Below are positions 52,027 through 64,000 of a stretch of DNA of 64,000 nt, piece by piece. The position numbers and the translations under genes were made by a program. Each line of letters starts with the position of its first letter. The first letter of the stretch is position 1. The notes beneath the pieces are model-generated. The model was given only the letters and a program-made list of their open reading frames with translations, was not told the DNA's origin and ran no database searches. Origin of the DNA: Marsupella aquatica (taxonomy: Eukaryota > Plantae > Marchantiophyta); the NCBI GenBank assembly GCA_973895155.1, contig OZ316891.1, positions 2,471,324 through 2,535,323 of the forward strand, in the 5' to 3' direction.

Positions 52027-55000
52027 ATGGAGATGACATTGATGCAGCAGTCGGCGTTGAGGAGTTTACATTCTTTTGCTGCTGGAACGAGCGGCAGCCA
52101 AAGGTGTGGAGGATGCGGGAATTCCGGGTTGACGGTCTGTACACTGGGATCGAGAAGAGGACTTTCTAGCCCGAGCTGGAACTGGCGAGCGGGTAGAGAG
52201 CCCGCGAGAAGGGGAGTTCATACTGTTCGCTCTTCTGGCGGGACGAGGAGAGACGAAGGGAAGCAAGTTGCTAAAGCGCAAAAGCGACGGTCCAGTGAGC
52301 CCCTTTCTCTCTCTCGCAGCTGAATGATTTGGACGTTATGAAATTAAGCAGTTTGCGCTTTCTGTTCACATGCCAAACGAGGTCCAGTGACTCTCTAATT
52401 TTCTCAAGAGGACTCGTTGATAAAGTACAATGAATCGAAGTTTTTCAGCGGTGACAAATAGATCCGTTCACCCGTGTTTATATTAAGCCAGACGAACGGT
52501 TGAACTTTTTACAGGATTCAATTTAGATTGAAAGATATGCAGATTAGATCAAAATGGGGCTCAGAGATTCCTATGGCAGTTGTCCTTTTCCTCTGAACGG
52601 CTGAATTCTTATGTTTTCCAGAAGTTCAGTGACAGGAGACAAAGATAGACTCTGATCTATCTCAGTTTGCTTTGTTAATTATTACCTTGATTTCGGTTTA
52701 GTTGTTTGTCAGAAACATCCCCCTTTCATTTTTGTCTCCTGGCTTACTTTTGGTGGTAATCCACACGGACGCTAGCCTTTAGTCCCGCGCTTGATTTTTA
52801 TTTAATTACATTGTAATTCGTTGTGTTAGCCACAAGTCCAAAACCCCTTGCTCCCATGTCATCTCTCCAGCAACCAGATCGCAACATGCTATCATTGTCT
52901 TGAGTGGGCTTTTGGCAAATGCCCCAATGTCAATAAACGGATGGTAGACTTTTAATGCAGGGTGTGGCACATATGAACTTAAAGGATCGCTAGATATGAT
53001 AAACTGTGCTTAGACCTGTTAAATATCTTGCTGCGGGCATGGGAATCTGTTACAGAGACCTTCCAAATCTTCGTACAGTTGTAAAGTCCCGGTCTCGACC
53101 GTCCGAGCATTTTAGCTGAGAACATTGATCGTGATATGATTGGCAACCTCAAATCGAATGTTTCACAATTATTGCTTTTTCGCTCACCCCTGATGTGAGT
53201 TTGCTAAGTGCCAAACGTTGTTTCTTTAGTTGCTGACGGTGGGCTGCTTGGCATGCCTTCAGGGCACGTGAAGGGTGTCACGCCCACAAAGCCTGAAATG
53301 TTCGACGAGTTACAAGATGAGGAGGAAGCAGACGACGAACTGGACCGTTCTGAGGAAGATTTTGAGGCAGCACTAGGAGCCAACGCAAGTAATAATTTGG
53401 ATAACACCGAAGAGGAATCCAATTCTCCATCAAACAGGAATGGTAACGGTGAATCCATACCCAACAAGGATGTGAGTGTTGAAGAGGAAAGGTGGGACCA
53501 AGCGAGTAACAAAAGTGGCCCTGGTTCTGGGGTAGAAGAAATAGTAGATGCTGGCGAAAGTACATACGTCATTAAATATTTCCCTGAAGGTAAAGGAGGA
53601 CCCAAAGCTGCAAGAGAAAGTGCTGGTGAGGCTGCAGAAGATCTTTCTAGAACAGCTCTGGACGCTGCAACTGATTTGTCATCGAGTGCAGCTCAGGACG
53701 CCCAGGAGGCAGGGAACAGTGTTCGGGAAAATGCAGAGGACTTGGGTCAGGAAGTGGGTGAAGTAGTCAACGAGGTCTCAGACGCTGCCCAGGATACTGC
53801 AGAGGATGTCACAAGCACAGTTCAAGAGGCTGCCGATTCGACCGGGAAGAGTTTAAGTGAAGCAGGAGATGAAGTCCGGGAGAATTTTGAAGAATTGAGT
53901 GAAGAATTACCCTCCGCTGCCGCTGAAATCGGTGATACTGTTCAGGAAACTGCTCAGGAGGTCGTAGATACTGCTGTGGACACTGCCCAAGAGGTTGGAG
54001 AAAGTCTGGAAGAGGCTGGAGGTGCTGTTTCCGAAAGCTTAGATGAAATTAGGATTGAAGGCCAGAAAGCATTCAATGAGGGTGAAAAGTATACACGAGA
54101 GCAGATGGAAGAGAGGCGAAAGGAGATTGACGATAATCTGTCCTCTTTGGGTAACCAGCTTGAGGACGCTGGTGACCGTGCAGGCCAAGCACTTGAAAGA
54201 GTCTCGAATGAAGCGGAGAAATCCTTGAAAAATGTTCAAGAGTCTCTTGCAACATTGATCGAGGACTCGGCAAAGGCTTCTGGGATCATCGGAAGTGAGG
54301 CTTTGCGGCTTGGAGAGGTGGTGCTTACAGTGGCAGGGGAAGCTGCAGGTTTTCAAGGAACCAAAGAGGAGTCCAGCACTTCCAATAGGACCAGTGCTGG
54401 ACAAGTTGTTAAAGACAGGCCAAAAACTGACAAAAACAATACTGATAAGAGACCCAAGCCACCGCCTACACAGTCAAAACAAGAGGTTCAAGGCACGCGA
54501 TATAAATCTAGTCAACCCAAAGAAAATTCGGAGGAAGACAGCAATCCTTTCAAGGGGTTGAAGGTAACTGTTGCTGGAGCTTCTGGGCGGACAGGAAGGT
54601 ACAAATCTTCACTGAAGAGTGGATTCTGGGTTCCCGGGTGACACGTATGTAGCTTGTGATGTTGTTTTCGGATTTCCAATAGGAAGCTTTGTTTCTGGAG
54701 AAAGAGCTCCTTTAGCTTTGAAAATGAGGACAGATATTGAGTTTAATTGAGTCGTCTTTTATCTTTGTTTCCCGGAGCTTGAGCTATCCCGATGTTTTTC
54801 TGGGGCATATACAAAAAAAGCTTGCTCCTTGTGTCTCTATCTTGTGATTGTGCACTAAAGTTACGGTTGAAGTCTCAGTTTATGAACATTAACGTTTCTT
54901 TGAATGATGGACGACCAGGCTTTTGGTTGAAGAACTTGCGAGAGAAGGAGTGCCAGTGAGAGCATTGGTGCGGGATAAAAGAAAACCTGAAGCTCGAAAC

Positions 55001-57971
55001 CTAGGAAAACTGGACAATGTTGAGGTATGTTGCTTACGATTCAATTATCGTGCTTGCGTACCCCTATCATCTGGACAGTTGTTGGTTACTGTAAGCGCAT
55101 CAAGGCCACTTTTCAGCAGTTAATCTCTTTACTTCAACGCTCTGCCAACACTGGTAATCAGGATATGCTCGATGTGTCAATTGGCTTATTTTATGAGTTA
55201 TCCTTGGTACTTGGAACAGGTTGTGCAAGTTGATTTGTACAAATACGAGTCCGTAAAGAAGGCAATAAGCGACTGGTAAGTTGAGATAAATTTTCATTAT
55301 TCTTACAACCAAGAAGCTTTTTTATTACGTAGAAGATGTAAAGAGAGCTGAGATTTGGTAGAAGGTTGTAATGTGAACTCCAACGAATTGCGCTGATCTT
55401 AGAATTTGTAGTCCAGGTTAACAGTACGGTTGAATGCAGTAGTTCTTGCTTCAATCAGTGATTTTCATTGAATTTTATTCTACTTCTAGCATCTGAGTCC
55501 CATTTGAGTGGTCATTCGTGAGGGTCTTTGTTCACGTAGGTTGTGTCGACTTATTTTCACTCTCCTTTCTGCAAAAGAAGTTGAAATACTTGCTCTAACT
55601 CTGACCAGACTGAAGTACTGATCAGAAGGTGACTTCATTGTGTGGCAGCAATGTTGTGATGTGTGCAGTAGGAGCTCGCTCATTTGCATTTGATCCAATT
55701 GGGACATATCAGGTATGGTTAGCTCACTTTTGTCTGGATCGAATTTCTCTTTGTGCAAATTTGGAACCGTAGAGCGAGTGTATTTGATTCATTTTGAATC
55801 TTTTGAAGTTCGCTTGTTTACCAGCAAACGTGGAAACCTTTGTGCACCATCATGAAGGAGAAATGTTTCATGCCCCTGAGTAGACAGTACAAACGAGGAG
55901 CTTCAATCACCGTGATTTTTCTTTTAACATGGGGGGCGTGGTTCTGTTTCAGGCGGAGTTTGAAGGGGTGAGAAATCTAGTGGCCGCGGCTAAGAACAAG
56001 GATGATATGAAAAAGGTGTGCTAAATTCTTCAAAGCCTCGCGGAAAAATTTACGGCGATTGCTCTTTCATTCTGTCATTTTCCTGGAAAGCAAAGAAGAT
56101 GGTTCGGAGTTCCTAGTTATTACTGAAGTGACAAGAAATTCCTAGAAGTTGACGGTTTGTAGGCGAATTAATTCCTAGTACTCAAAGCAGACTCTGCCTA
56201 GTTAGGGACGAATTTCTCGTCACGGTTAGACAGTAAGTTATTTGGTCCGATGCACTGGGATATTTGGACGCAAAGGGAAAGTCAATCGACTAGTATTTCT
56301 ACTTACAGTTCATTCGATACGAGGATGGCAGAAGAAGAAGAGATTTTTCTTGGGCAACATTTAATAGATACTCGTATTACATAAAGCACGATACTGTCTT
56401 TATCGTTAGTCGTTTCCCAATTCGCATTATTGACGATGAACTGGTTCAAATTCTGCAGTTTATATTCATCACATCATTGGGAGTCACATTCCTACAAATC
56501 GTACCACTCATATTCTGGTAAACATCTGGAGACTTTGTGGCTTCTCTCAATATTTATCTGGAAACATCAGCATATCTCTAATAGTCCATTTCCTGGGCCT
56601 AATAAGCACTGGTCATAATATCAGTACTAAAGATTTGCTTTGAGCCTGTTATGTGCTGTCTGCAAGGTATGCATTTCAATGTTTCGTGTGGAGATGATGA
56701 TTTCGGGGCATGCTCATACTCGTGTTTTCGATTTGGGACGATGTTGGTATCGGTGCAAGATATTCTGCATGCGCGTATTTCTCTTTGGCACTAAAGTCTG
56801 GTCGATAACGTGTGACTGTTTCCTCAGGAAAAAGCAATCTGAGCTGTATTTGCAACGGTCAGGGCTCGATTACACTATTGTTAGGCCAGGTGGCCTCACC
56901 AACGGATCTAGTGCGGTATGTGTGTCTTAAAAACTACTCGAAGGACAGGAATGTTTTCACGAAGCAGTTTGGAGTACAAATAGAATTTCTTTCTTGACTC
57001 TCGTCACCCTGAACTCAATAAGCACCTCGGAGCAATTTTCTCAAGGATAGATAGGATACTCATCAGTTTCCCTCCATAACGGTGTTGACGTACTTTTCAT
57101 GATCATAATATTAGCTCTTTTTTACACCTGTGTGTGTTTTGGACGAGAGGCAATCCATACTGCACATGAAAAGCTGCAGAGCGTGCAATTGCAAAATATG
57201 ATCCTCTTATCGAAGTCTAACTTCAACCTTCCAATGCAGAGGGAAGCAATTTCCATGAAACCAGCTGATACGCAGTTCGGTGGATCTATCAGCCGCCAAA
57301 AGGTATTGGGTTGAATTGGATCCCGGTGTACTCCCATAATCTCAGGGTCTCTATGTTTAGGGTTCCGCTCAGTTCATTTGCAATTTTAAGATACCTCTTG
57401 CTGGACAAGACACGAGAGGCTGCATAATACTGATGACTATCATGTTTTTGTGGCTATGGTTACCCTCTTCTTAGTATCCTATGGGTCTTATAGAGTACAC
57501 CTGGTTTGATCCGCGGCATGTTGCTGGAACTGACTGGAATTTATGACTACTCTAGGTTGCAGAAGTTTGTGTGGCAGCTATCATTACTCCTGAAGCATCA
57601 GAGAAGATTGTTGAGGTAAACTTCGTGAATTTAGCTTTGTTTGCCCAATACATCACTTTCTCCCAATAAAATTCACCAATTTTCTTAGTGCAAGGAACGT
57701 GCGTTCAACTAAGCATTTTCTGACTGAAACAGCCAGTTGAATAACGATCATGTGTTTTGGATGCGATCAACCCTAATCGTTACGCCTGTGATGATTTGTC
57801 CACTTTTTGAATTTTCACTTCTTATATTTGGTCTAATTCAACAATTCTGAGATTTGTTGTTCAACGAATACACACAAAATCTGATTTTAATATTATGAAT
57901 GACTGTTGATGCAGATTGTGTCTGGAGGACAGCCAGGCAGAAGTTATTCAGATCTCTTTGGTAGTGTATGA
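52027..57971 (+). CDS. Putative plastid NAD(P)-binding Rossmann protein (atypical SDR, Tic62-NAD/At2g34460-like) with a long acidic repeat region, ~750 aa
   Basis: Exons 52027-52294, 53230-54598, 54919-55024, 55220-55275, 55649-55712, 55953-56015, 56459-56517, 56828-56915, 57240-57302, 57556-57615, 57915-57971 (2253 nt, phases consistent). Ser/Arg-rich transit-peptide-like N-terminus; motifs VTVAGASGRTGR, VRALVRD, EFEGVRNLVAAA, FITSLG, WKKQSELYLQRSGLDYTIVRPGGL, GSISRQKVAEVCV. Confidence 0.9.
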
Positions 57972-58127
57972 AGAATCGAGCACAACTTCATGACACCAAT
58001 GAAATTTTTATGACATGATTTTGAACTGAGCTTTCAACCGTATCGTGAATTAGAGGAAGGGAAGGATTAAGAAGCAGCGGTGTGTGGGCAGTATCTTCTC
58101 CCACGAGATTACATGAGAATGTGGGCG

Positions 58128-58388
58128 GTCTCCTGCCTGCCGAATATATTGTCTTCACTCCTAGTGATCGACATTGTAATCAAAGAATTTTAGTACATGA
58201 CAAATCTTTTCTGGTAACCTGTTATCTAGCTCTTAACTATCCGATTTTGCGAGTCAAGTCTCCTGCCTGCCGAATATATTGTCTCCACTTCTAGTGGACG
58301 ACATTGTAATCAAAGAATTTTAGTACATGGCAAATCTTTTCTGGTAACCTGTTATCTCGCCCTGAGCTATCCGATCTTGCGAGTCAAG
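58128..58388. repeat. ~130-bp tandem duplication in the 3' region of the SDR gene
   Basis: tctcctgcctgccgaatatattgtc...ctggtaacctgttatct...gcgagtcaagt occurs twice with few differences. Confidence 0.9.
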
Positions 58389-59071
58389 TATTTTCCCTCG
58401 ACTCGTTCTTAGTGATCAACGTGTCCAAACGTAGTTGAAATCGGTTATTTAATGGGCATAGTTAAAAAGTCTTGCTTTTTATTGAATTGCAAATAATATC
58501 AAATTTTGGAAAGAAAGTGCCCAATATTTACCCACCATGGCGAGTAGGAGGGGAGCACTTAATCCCCTGTACTTGCTTAGTGTAATTACCTCATGAAAAG
58601 GAAAGTTTCTTCGTGGCACTGATGGTTCTTTCGTGCACCCACCAAATGCTTCCATATCTCGAGTTCAAATATCCAGATACTGTTATATCATTTCCAGTGG
58701 CCAGTGTTCTTTGCCTGATGTGCCTTCATTTCCATTTAAGTTCGATACCGTGGGGATTGGTTTGACATTGCTTGCATTTGATGAGGTTGGAGAGCTTTAG
58801 CTACCCCCTACACACAACAGATCGCAAACCTCCAACACAATCCTGGAAACATGAACGTGAGTTGCTTTATTACTGGTCGACCAGGGCCTGAAAGATTTCT
58901 ATCCTAGCTAAGCGCTTCGATCATCTCAAAAGGATTTAGATCTCAGTTAGGATACTTCCAAAACAGTATCGGGGTATTTGATCAGTCTTAAACTCCGTGG
59001 CATCATTTTTGAAACTCATTAAGCTTCGCTATTCATTGGAGAACACTCCGTTTGGTCACCTTGTAGTCTGC

Positions 59072-59177
59072 CATCGTGTCATCTGCTCATCGGAATCTGT
59101 GCTTCTCCCAAAACACGTTGACGGCATCGTGTCATCTGCTCATCGGAATCTGTGCTTCTCCCAAAACACGTTGACGG
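59072..59177. repeat. Perfect 53-bp tandem duplication
   Basis: catcgtgtcatctgctcatcggaatctgtgcttctcccaaaacacgttgacgg at 59072-59124 and 59125-59177. Confidence 0.95.
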
Positions 59178-60610
59178 CAAATTCATTTACTGCATAATAG
59201 TTGCGAGCACCATCACGTTCCCACTCGACAGAATGAAGTGCCCGCTCGTTTACAAGATTTTCTGTTGAAAGGTAATGGAGCCCAATTACTGCAAATTTCC
59301 TTTCAAATGGAATGCAAGCAATCCGTGTCGTTCAACGAATGCAGTGTTACATATAATTTAAGGCACATGGCCCAAGTACACGAGGGGCAAGAGACCCCAG
59401 ACTATGGCATTAACAAGGGGCAAACCCCACTCCGATTAATTCGACTAAGTTTTGAACGTTCTAAGTGGCTCTATTACGAATCTAGAGATCTGCATGCCAA
59501 TCTAAAGCATATACCAATCCTGAGATCTGTCGCCAACAACGCAATTCAGACCCTAGTAAACAATTCCTTGATCATCATGCGGGAAGGGCCGCCTACACAC
59601 AAACACTGAGTTTCCTAAGTGAGTGGCGAAATTTGTTCCGATGATTCACGATCTCATGTCTCAGGCTCCTCCCGCATTTCACGCTAGAGGTATACTAGTT
59701 TCTGATATGGGGATCAATACTGCAACGTCCCTCGCCTGGTCTTATGATTCGGTCCGCTGGATAGCTAGGAATTAGATTCAAACCGCAGCAATCGTTTCCT
59801 CTAAGACGGCTAAGTGAAACGAAGAGATTACAGTAGATCAGGCCACGATAGTCATAGCTTCAAGCCGACAACTCCCCTATTTACAACTCCTCTCCTCCGT
59901 CGTCACTCCGATGACATAGTTTCTCGCACTTGTCTCCAGCAGAAAGTACCTGGAAAAGTCAGATGTCCCTTCTCACACCAGTCTCCGGTCCTTGTTTAGC
60001 AGCAGATGGCACCTAGAAAGTTGCATATTCTACACTTTTCATGGAGAAGTGGCTCGAAGAAGCTTTGTGCAACACTTACTCCTGACTTGCTTTAGATCCG
60101 GCTGGACCTCTCAGTCAAGGAAATGGAACCATAACCTAGTTTAAATTTCTTCTCCCCACGTCAGAGTCCGTTGGTGTTGTGTGGACTGCAAAATCTGCAG
60201 CCTCCTGATTTTGCCAAAGAACTCAAGATAGAACTCCTCAAAGAACTTCTTGTTTCATTGACGGCATGAGGGTTCGCCTAACTTTCAGGATGGGCGTTTT
60301 TGAAATCTTCGGGTTCGGTCGCAAATCATGCAATTCAGAATTACGACCTGTTGAAAGGTATTGTCAGTCCACATCTCGTTGGTGGAAATCAGCTTCCAGA
60401 ATTGGGCATACTCAGAGGACTTCGACTAGACAAAAAATACGTTTGTCGCCAGACTGCTATCGCAGACGAGATATTTGCCTTCGCCAACTCTGTCGACAGG
60501 TAGGTGGGTAGTACTCTTCTGTGACGCACTCATCTCTAAGCCTTGCACTTGCATCATGTCCGTGAATTACCCAGCTGCAGATTTGCCGATTGTGTAGATC
60601 ACCACCCTCA

Positions 60611-63551
60611 TCAGATCATTGTCCATATCTGACAACCACAACGAAAGTAAGATTTCAGTCTGGATTGGACCCTTAAAAGTAATAAGCATTTCCAAAGCGG
60701 ATATTATAACTTGATTTGATTGATTTGAAATAGCTATATTTATCTACTAGTGACCCACACGTAACAGCTAAGCTAAGTTTGGAGATTGTGACAACTGACC
60801 CGAATCTTTCCATCCTCATGACCGCTGTAGAGGATGTCACCATCAAGCATGAGGCAAATTACTTTACTCCCAGGATTCATAGTTGATACTCTCAAGAGCC
60901 TTTCTCGGAGCCAAACCTGATGCAAGCGACTGAAAATTAGTGGGAAATAACAAAAACATGTGTTCAGCGAAGGACTCAAGCATTCCACAATTGATCACAC
61001 CCATAAACATCCGTCACCATTGCTCTAGTTTTGCACCTTCAACTCGAATTCTGAGTAAAATTCTATGATCATCTCAGAAAGAGCGAATTGAAATAGATTT
61101 GGCCAGGTGCGATGGCTTACCTCTATGACACCAGAACTTGAGCCCAGGTAGATAAAATCCTCAGAGATAGCCATGGACCGCACTTCAGATGTTGTGGCCA
61201 TGGTGCCCACCAAGGAGTGGTCGGACAATTTGCGAACCTATAAAACGCTCCAGTAGTGTCAAATTAGCTAACATACAGTTAGCTGTGGAACACTCATTTG
61301 CAGAATGCATTGAGACTAGGGGAGTATTGAGGCTTACCTTGCCAGCAACGCCGTCAACCGGTGTGCCTGCTACATAAAGATGATCCTGGAACACCTGAGT
61401 CGCATAGATTGGCTTCTTCCCCATTAAAGTCCTGACTCCATGTTGGATAACGTCGACAGACTCTGCTATTGGGTCAAGCACCTATCCACACGAGAGGAAA
61501 GTAACTTAGGTAGAAGCGATTTTCTCTCTCGATTAGTGTAGTTGTCAAGTATTAATAAACCTTCGGCATTTTGCCACGAGAGTCGAGGTACAGAGGATTT
61601 GTGCAATCACCTGTAGGCTGTTATCCGCACATCCACAAAAGATCTTCCCATCAGAAATGGCAAGGCTTTGCACATGCTTATTTGAATTAAGTGTTTTGGT
61701 TGTAGTTTCCTCATACTGCACCTGCATTCACACCATCCCTTCCAGATTAATAACTTAAGAGTGCAGCCACATCATCAGAGATTAGGTTAGCTACGTTAAG
61801 GAGAGGATTTCATGCTTTGGAGAACGCACCTTAAGGCCAGCTCCGTGTGGTATAATGCATGCCATTGGACCATCTACAAGAAGTCCCACAACAGCGTCCT
61901 TCAAGTCGAAGACGTGCGCACAACGGATATCCTCTGGTCCAAGGGCCCAAACCTGCAATTGACCACCTCAATTGATATACTTCCAGCGAAAAATTGCTCA
62001 ATGTTTTTAGGCATAATTCACGTCATAAGCGATGGACACGTTCTCCTTTGTCAAATTATGAAATTAAGCTGTTTGGAAGATATAAGAACCCTTGATCAAT
62101 CAAGCCATACCCTGATGCTCTTGTCGAGGGATCCACTGTACATTCGATTGTTTACCAGTGAAATAGTCAAAGCCATGACAGACTTCGTGTGCTCCTTAAG
62201 TTCTTGAAGAAGAACTGGGACCCTCTTTTTTGCCTCCCAGATCTATACAACAGGGACTTAATCAGTAACAGTCCAATTTCCAAGATCTCTCTTTTAGTTA
62301 ACACAGTGGACAGAAAGTACCCAACCGGTTACATCAATTGTTAACCTTTTCGGATCCAAAATGCTCTTTCGCTATACTTAACTAGCAACAATAGCTCGCC
62401 TTTAGCCTGAAGTCCATATTCCTTGCTTCAAAGCAATAATTTGTAAAAGGCAAGGGAAGGACTAAAGTAGTCAAGATTAACGAGGTTCTTCTGGAATATC
62501 AATTTCTAGTTATTTGCAGTTCATCTATGAATTTGTTTGTAAGGTCCAAACGACGATAACAAGATACTTCACTGTTACACACGTCTGGTGAAGCTGGTTG
62601 AATCAGTAATACCATTGTCTTGCCCACTGTGAGGGTAGGAGCTCTAATGTCTCGAGATTATAGTGGGCCTGGAGACAACACGAAACCAACCTTAATAGTG
62701 CCATCAGTATGCCCGGAGAAGATGCGGGTTTTTGCCTTGACGAGAGCACGAACTTCTCCATTTGCTGTGACATCGAGTTCACCCTGCTCCGCGTGTACCC
62801 ACAGATCCGGCTGTTTCACCACATGCACACAATTGTTGAAGATCCACACAAGATGATGCCTTTCAATGCACAAAAAGGAGTGAAGGAGAGCAATCAAAGA
62901 CCTGCTAAAGAAACAATTTTCAAATGTAAAAAAAAGACGTTTGTAGAACAGAGTGAACTCACCGAATTGAAATCACCATGGGTAGTGAAAGCGCGTAATA
63001 TTTCTTTGGCTGTCCAAGTCGATTTTTTCAGATGCCGAAGAGGTCCAGAGATGTCCTTCACGTAGCTAATAAGCTCTTGGACGCCCTCTACAGTGCAGCA
63101 ACACCCAGACAATTGTGACCAGACAGCAGTTCAGTGCAAGGCCGTGCCAAATAAGCAGAAAATCTTCAAAAAGACCTGGGGAAGCCATAGAGTACGTTGC
63201 ATTTCAGACGGGTTAAGTTCATTTAGCGCTTCATTGCTTACCAGGATCTGAGATGAAACTGTGGATGGCCAGAGCTGCAAGGACCCTTTGTTGAAGGTCC
63301 TTGGAAGTTTGAAGCACTCCTACAAAGTGGTCAAGAAGACAATTCCGCGCAGTTTGCCGGATTCCTGTGTCTGGGAGTTTTGGCAACATATGCGTGAGCC
63401 ACGTGGCTACAATCATACAGGGCTTGGACACCTCCGGATTTTTGCTCTGAATACCTTGTCCCAGAGCTTCAATCAGCGTGCCCAAATCGTGGCCAACCAG
63501 GGCTCCTGCCACCTTCCGCTCCCACGCTTTGGCTGCTCTCTCCTCTTCGTC
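60611..63551 (-). CDS. LIN: 3' part of a LIN/CERBERUS-like E3 ubiquitin ligase (ARM-like plus WD40); the gene continues beyond the window
   Basis: Exons 63551-63242, 63087-62963, 62810-62691, 62242-62111, 61952-61830, 61721-61611, 61481-61338, 61237-61121, 60916-60800, 60628-60611. Motifs: AWERKVAGALVGHDLG.LIEAL, CMIVATWLTHML..LPDTGIR..AR.CLL, LRHLKKSTWTA, NGEVRALV...IFSGHTDGTIKIW, EHTKSV...YSGSLDKSIRVW, FCGCADNSLQ, DGKIRIWTMI*. The U-box is not in the window, so LIN versus LIN-like is unresolved. Confidence 0.85.
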
Positions 63552-64000
63552 CTGTAAGATTAAAGAGTACTACTTTTGAGTGGAAATTTATCCCAATCAA
63601 TTCTGTAGGCGACATCATGCTGCCAGATATGTGAGTGCCTATACTGGGTCCCAGCTTTGCTTTAACTTCTAGTTTGCCAGCAACTGAGTGAAGAGAAATA
63701 TGTGAACCGCTGACGTAGAGCACCACAAACTCCATCAACTTCAGCTTGAAGTGTAAGAGAAGATTTCAAAGCAATTGGAAGATTTCAAAGCAACTTAATC
63801 GCTCATAACAATGGGTCAGTCATTATATCTTCCTAACATTTCAAGGGTTGTCCATTCCGAGCACCTTTATTTCCAATGATATTTTAGATGTTTTCTTTCT
63901 AAATGATGGTGAAAGAATTTACTTGGCTGATATTCAGCAGTAGAGAAGAAATAGGCTTTAATGTCCAGGGTGATCCAATTCGGGGATGGGACTAAAGGGA

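Overview
Intron-rich land-plant nuclear DNA, most likely a bryophyte such as a Marchantia/Riccia-type liverwort (inferred from gene content, intron sizes and sequence style; not proven). I reconstructed seven protein-coding genes by hand with GT-AG, phase-consistent exon chains: ELP1/IKI3 (-), a 49/60-aa single-TM microprotein missing from the ORF track (+), RNA polymerase I subunit RPA43 (-), an A20/AN1 stress-associated protein (+), a Sec14-nodulin (SFH) lipid-transfer protein (-), a plastid-type atypical SDR with a long acidic 51-aa-repeat region (+), and the 3' half of a LIN/CERBERUS-like WD40 E3 ligase (-). The window also holds a CYP85-clan P450 pseudogene next to a decayed MULE, three Helitron-type 3' ends with subterminal tandem arrays, a Tourist-like MITE family, a relic RNase H1 hybrid-binding-domain ORF, a perfect 40-bp hairpin and many short tandem duplications. 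I found no tRNA, rRNA or CRISPR features. No clear new multi-gene system is evident. The best leads are the repeat-extended SDR, the microprotein with a splice-switched C-terminus, the back-to-back Helitron ends and the hairpin.
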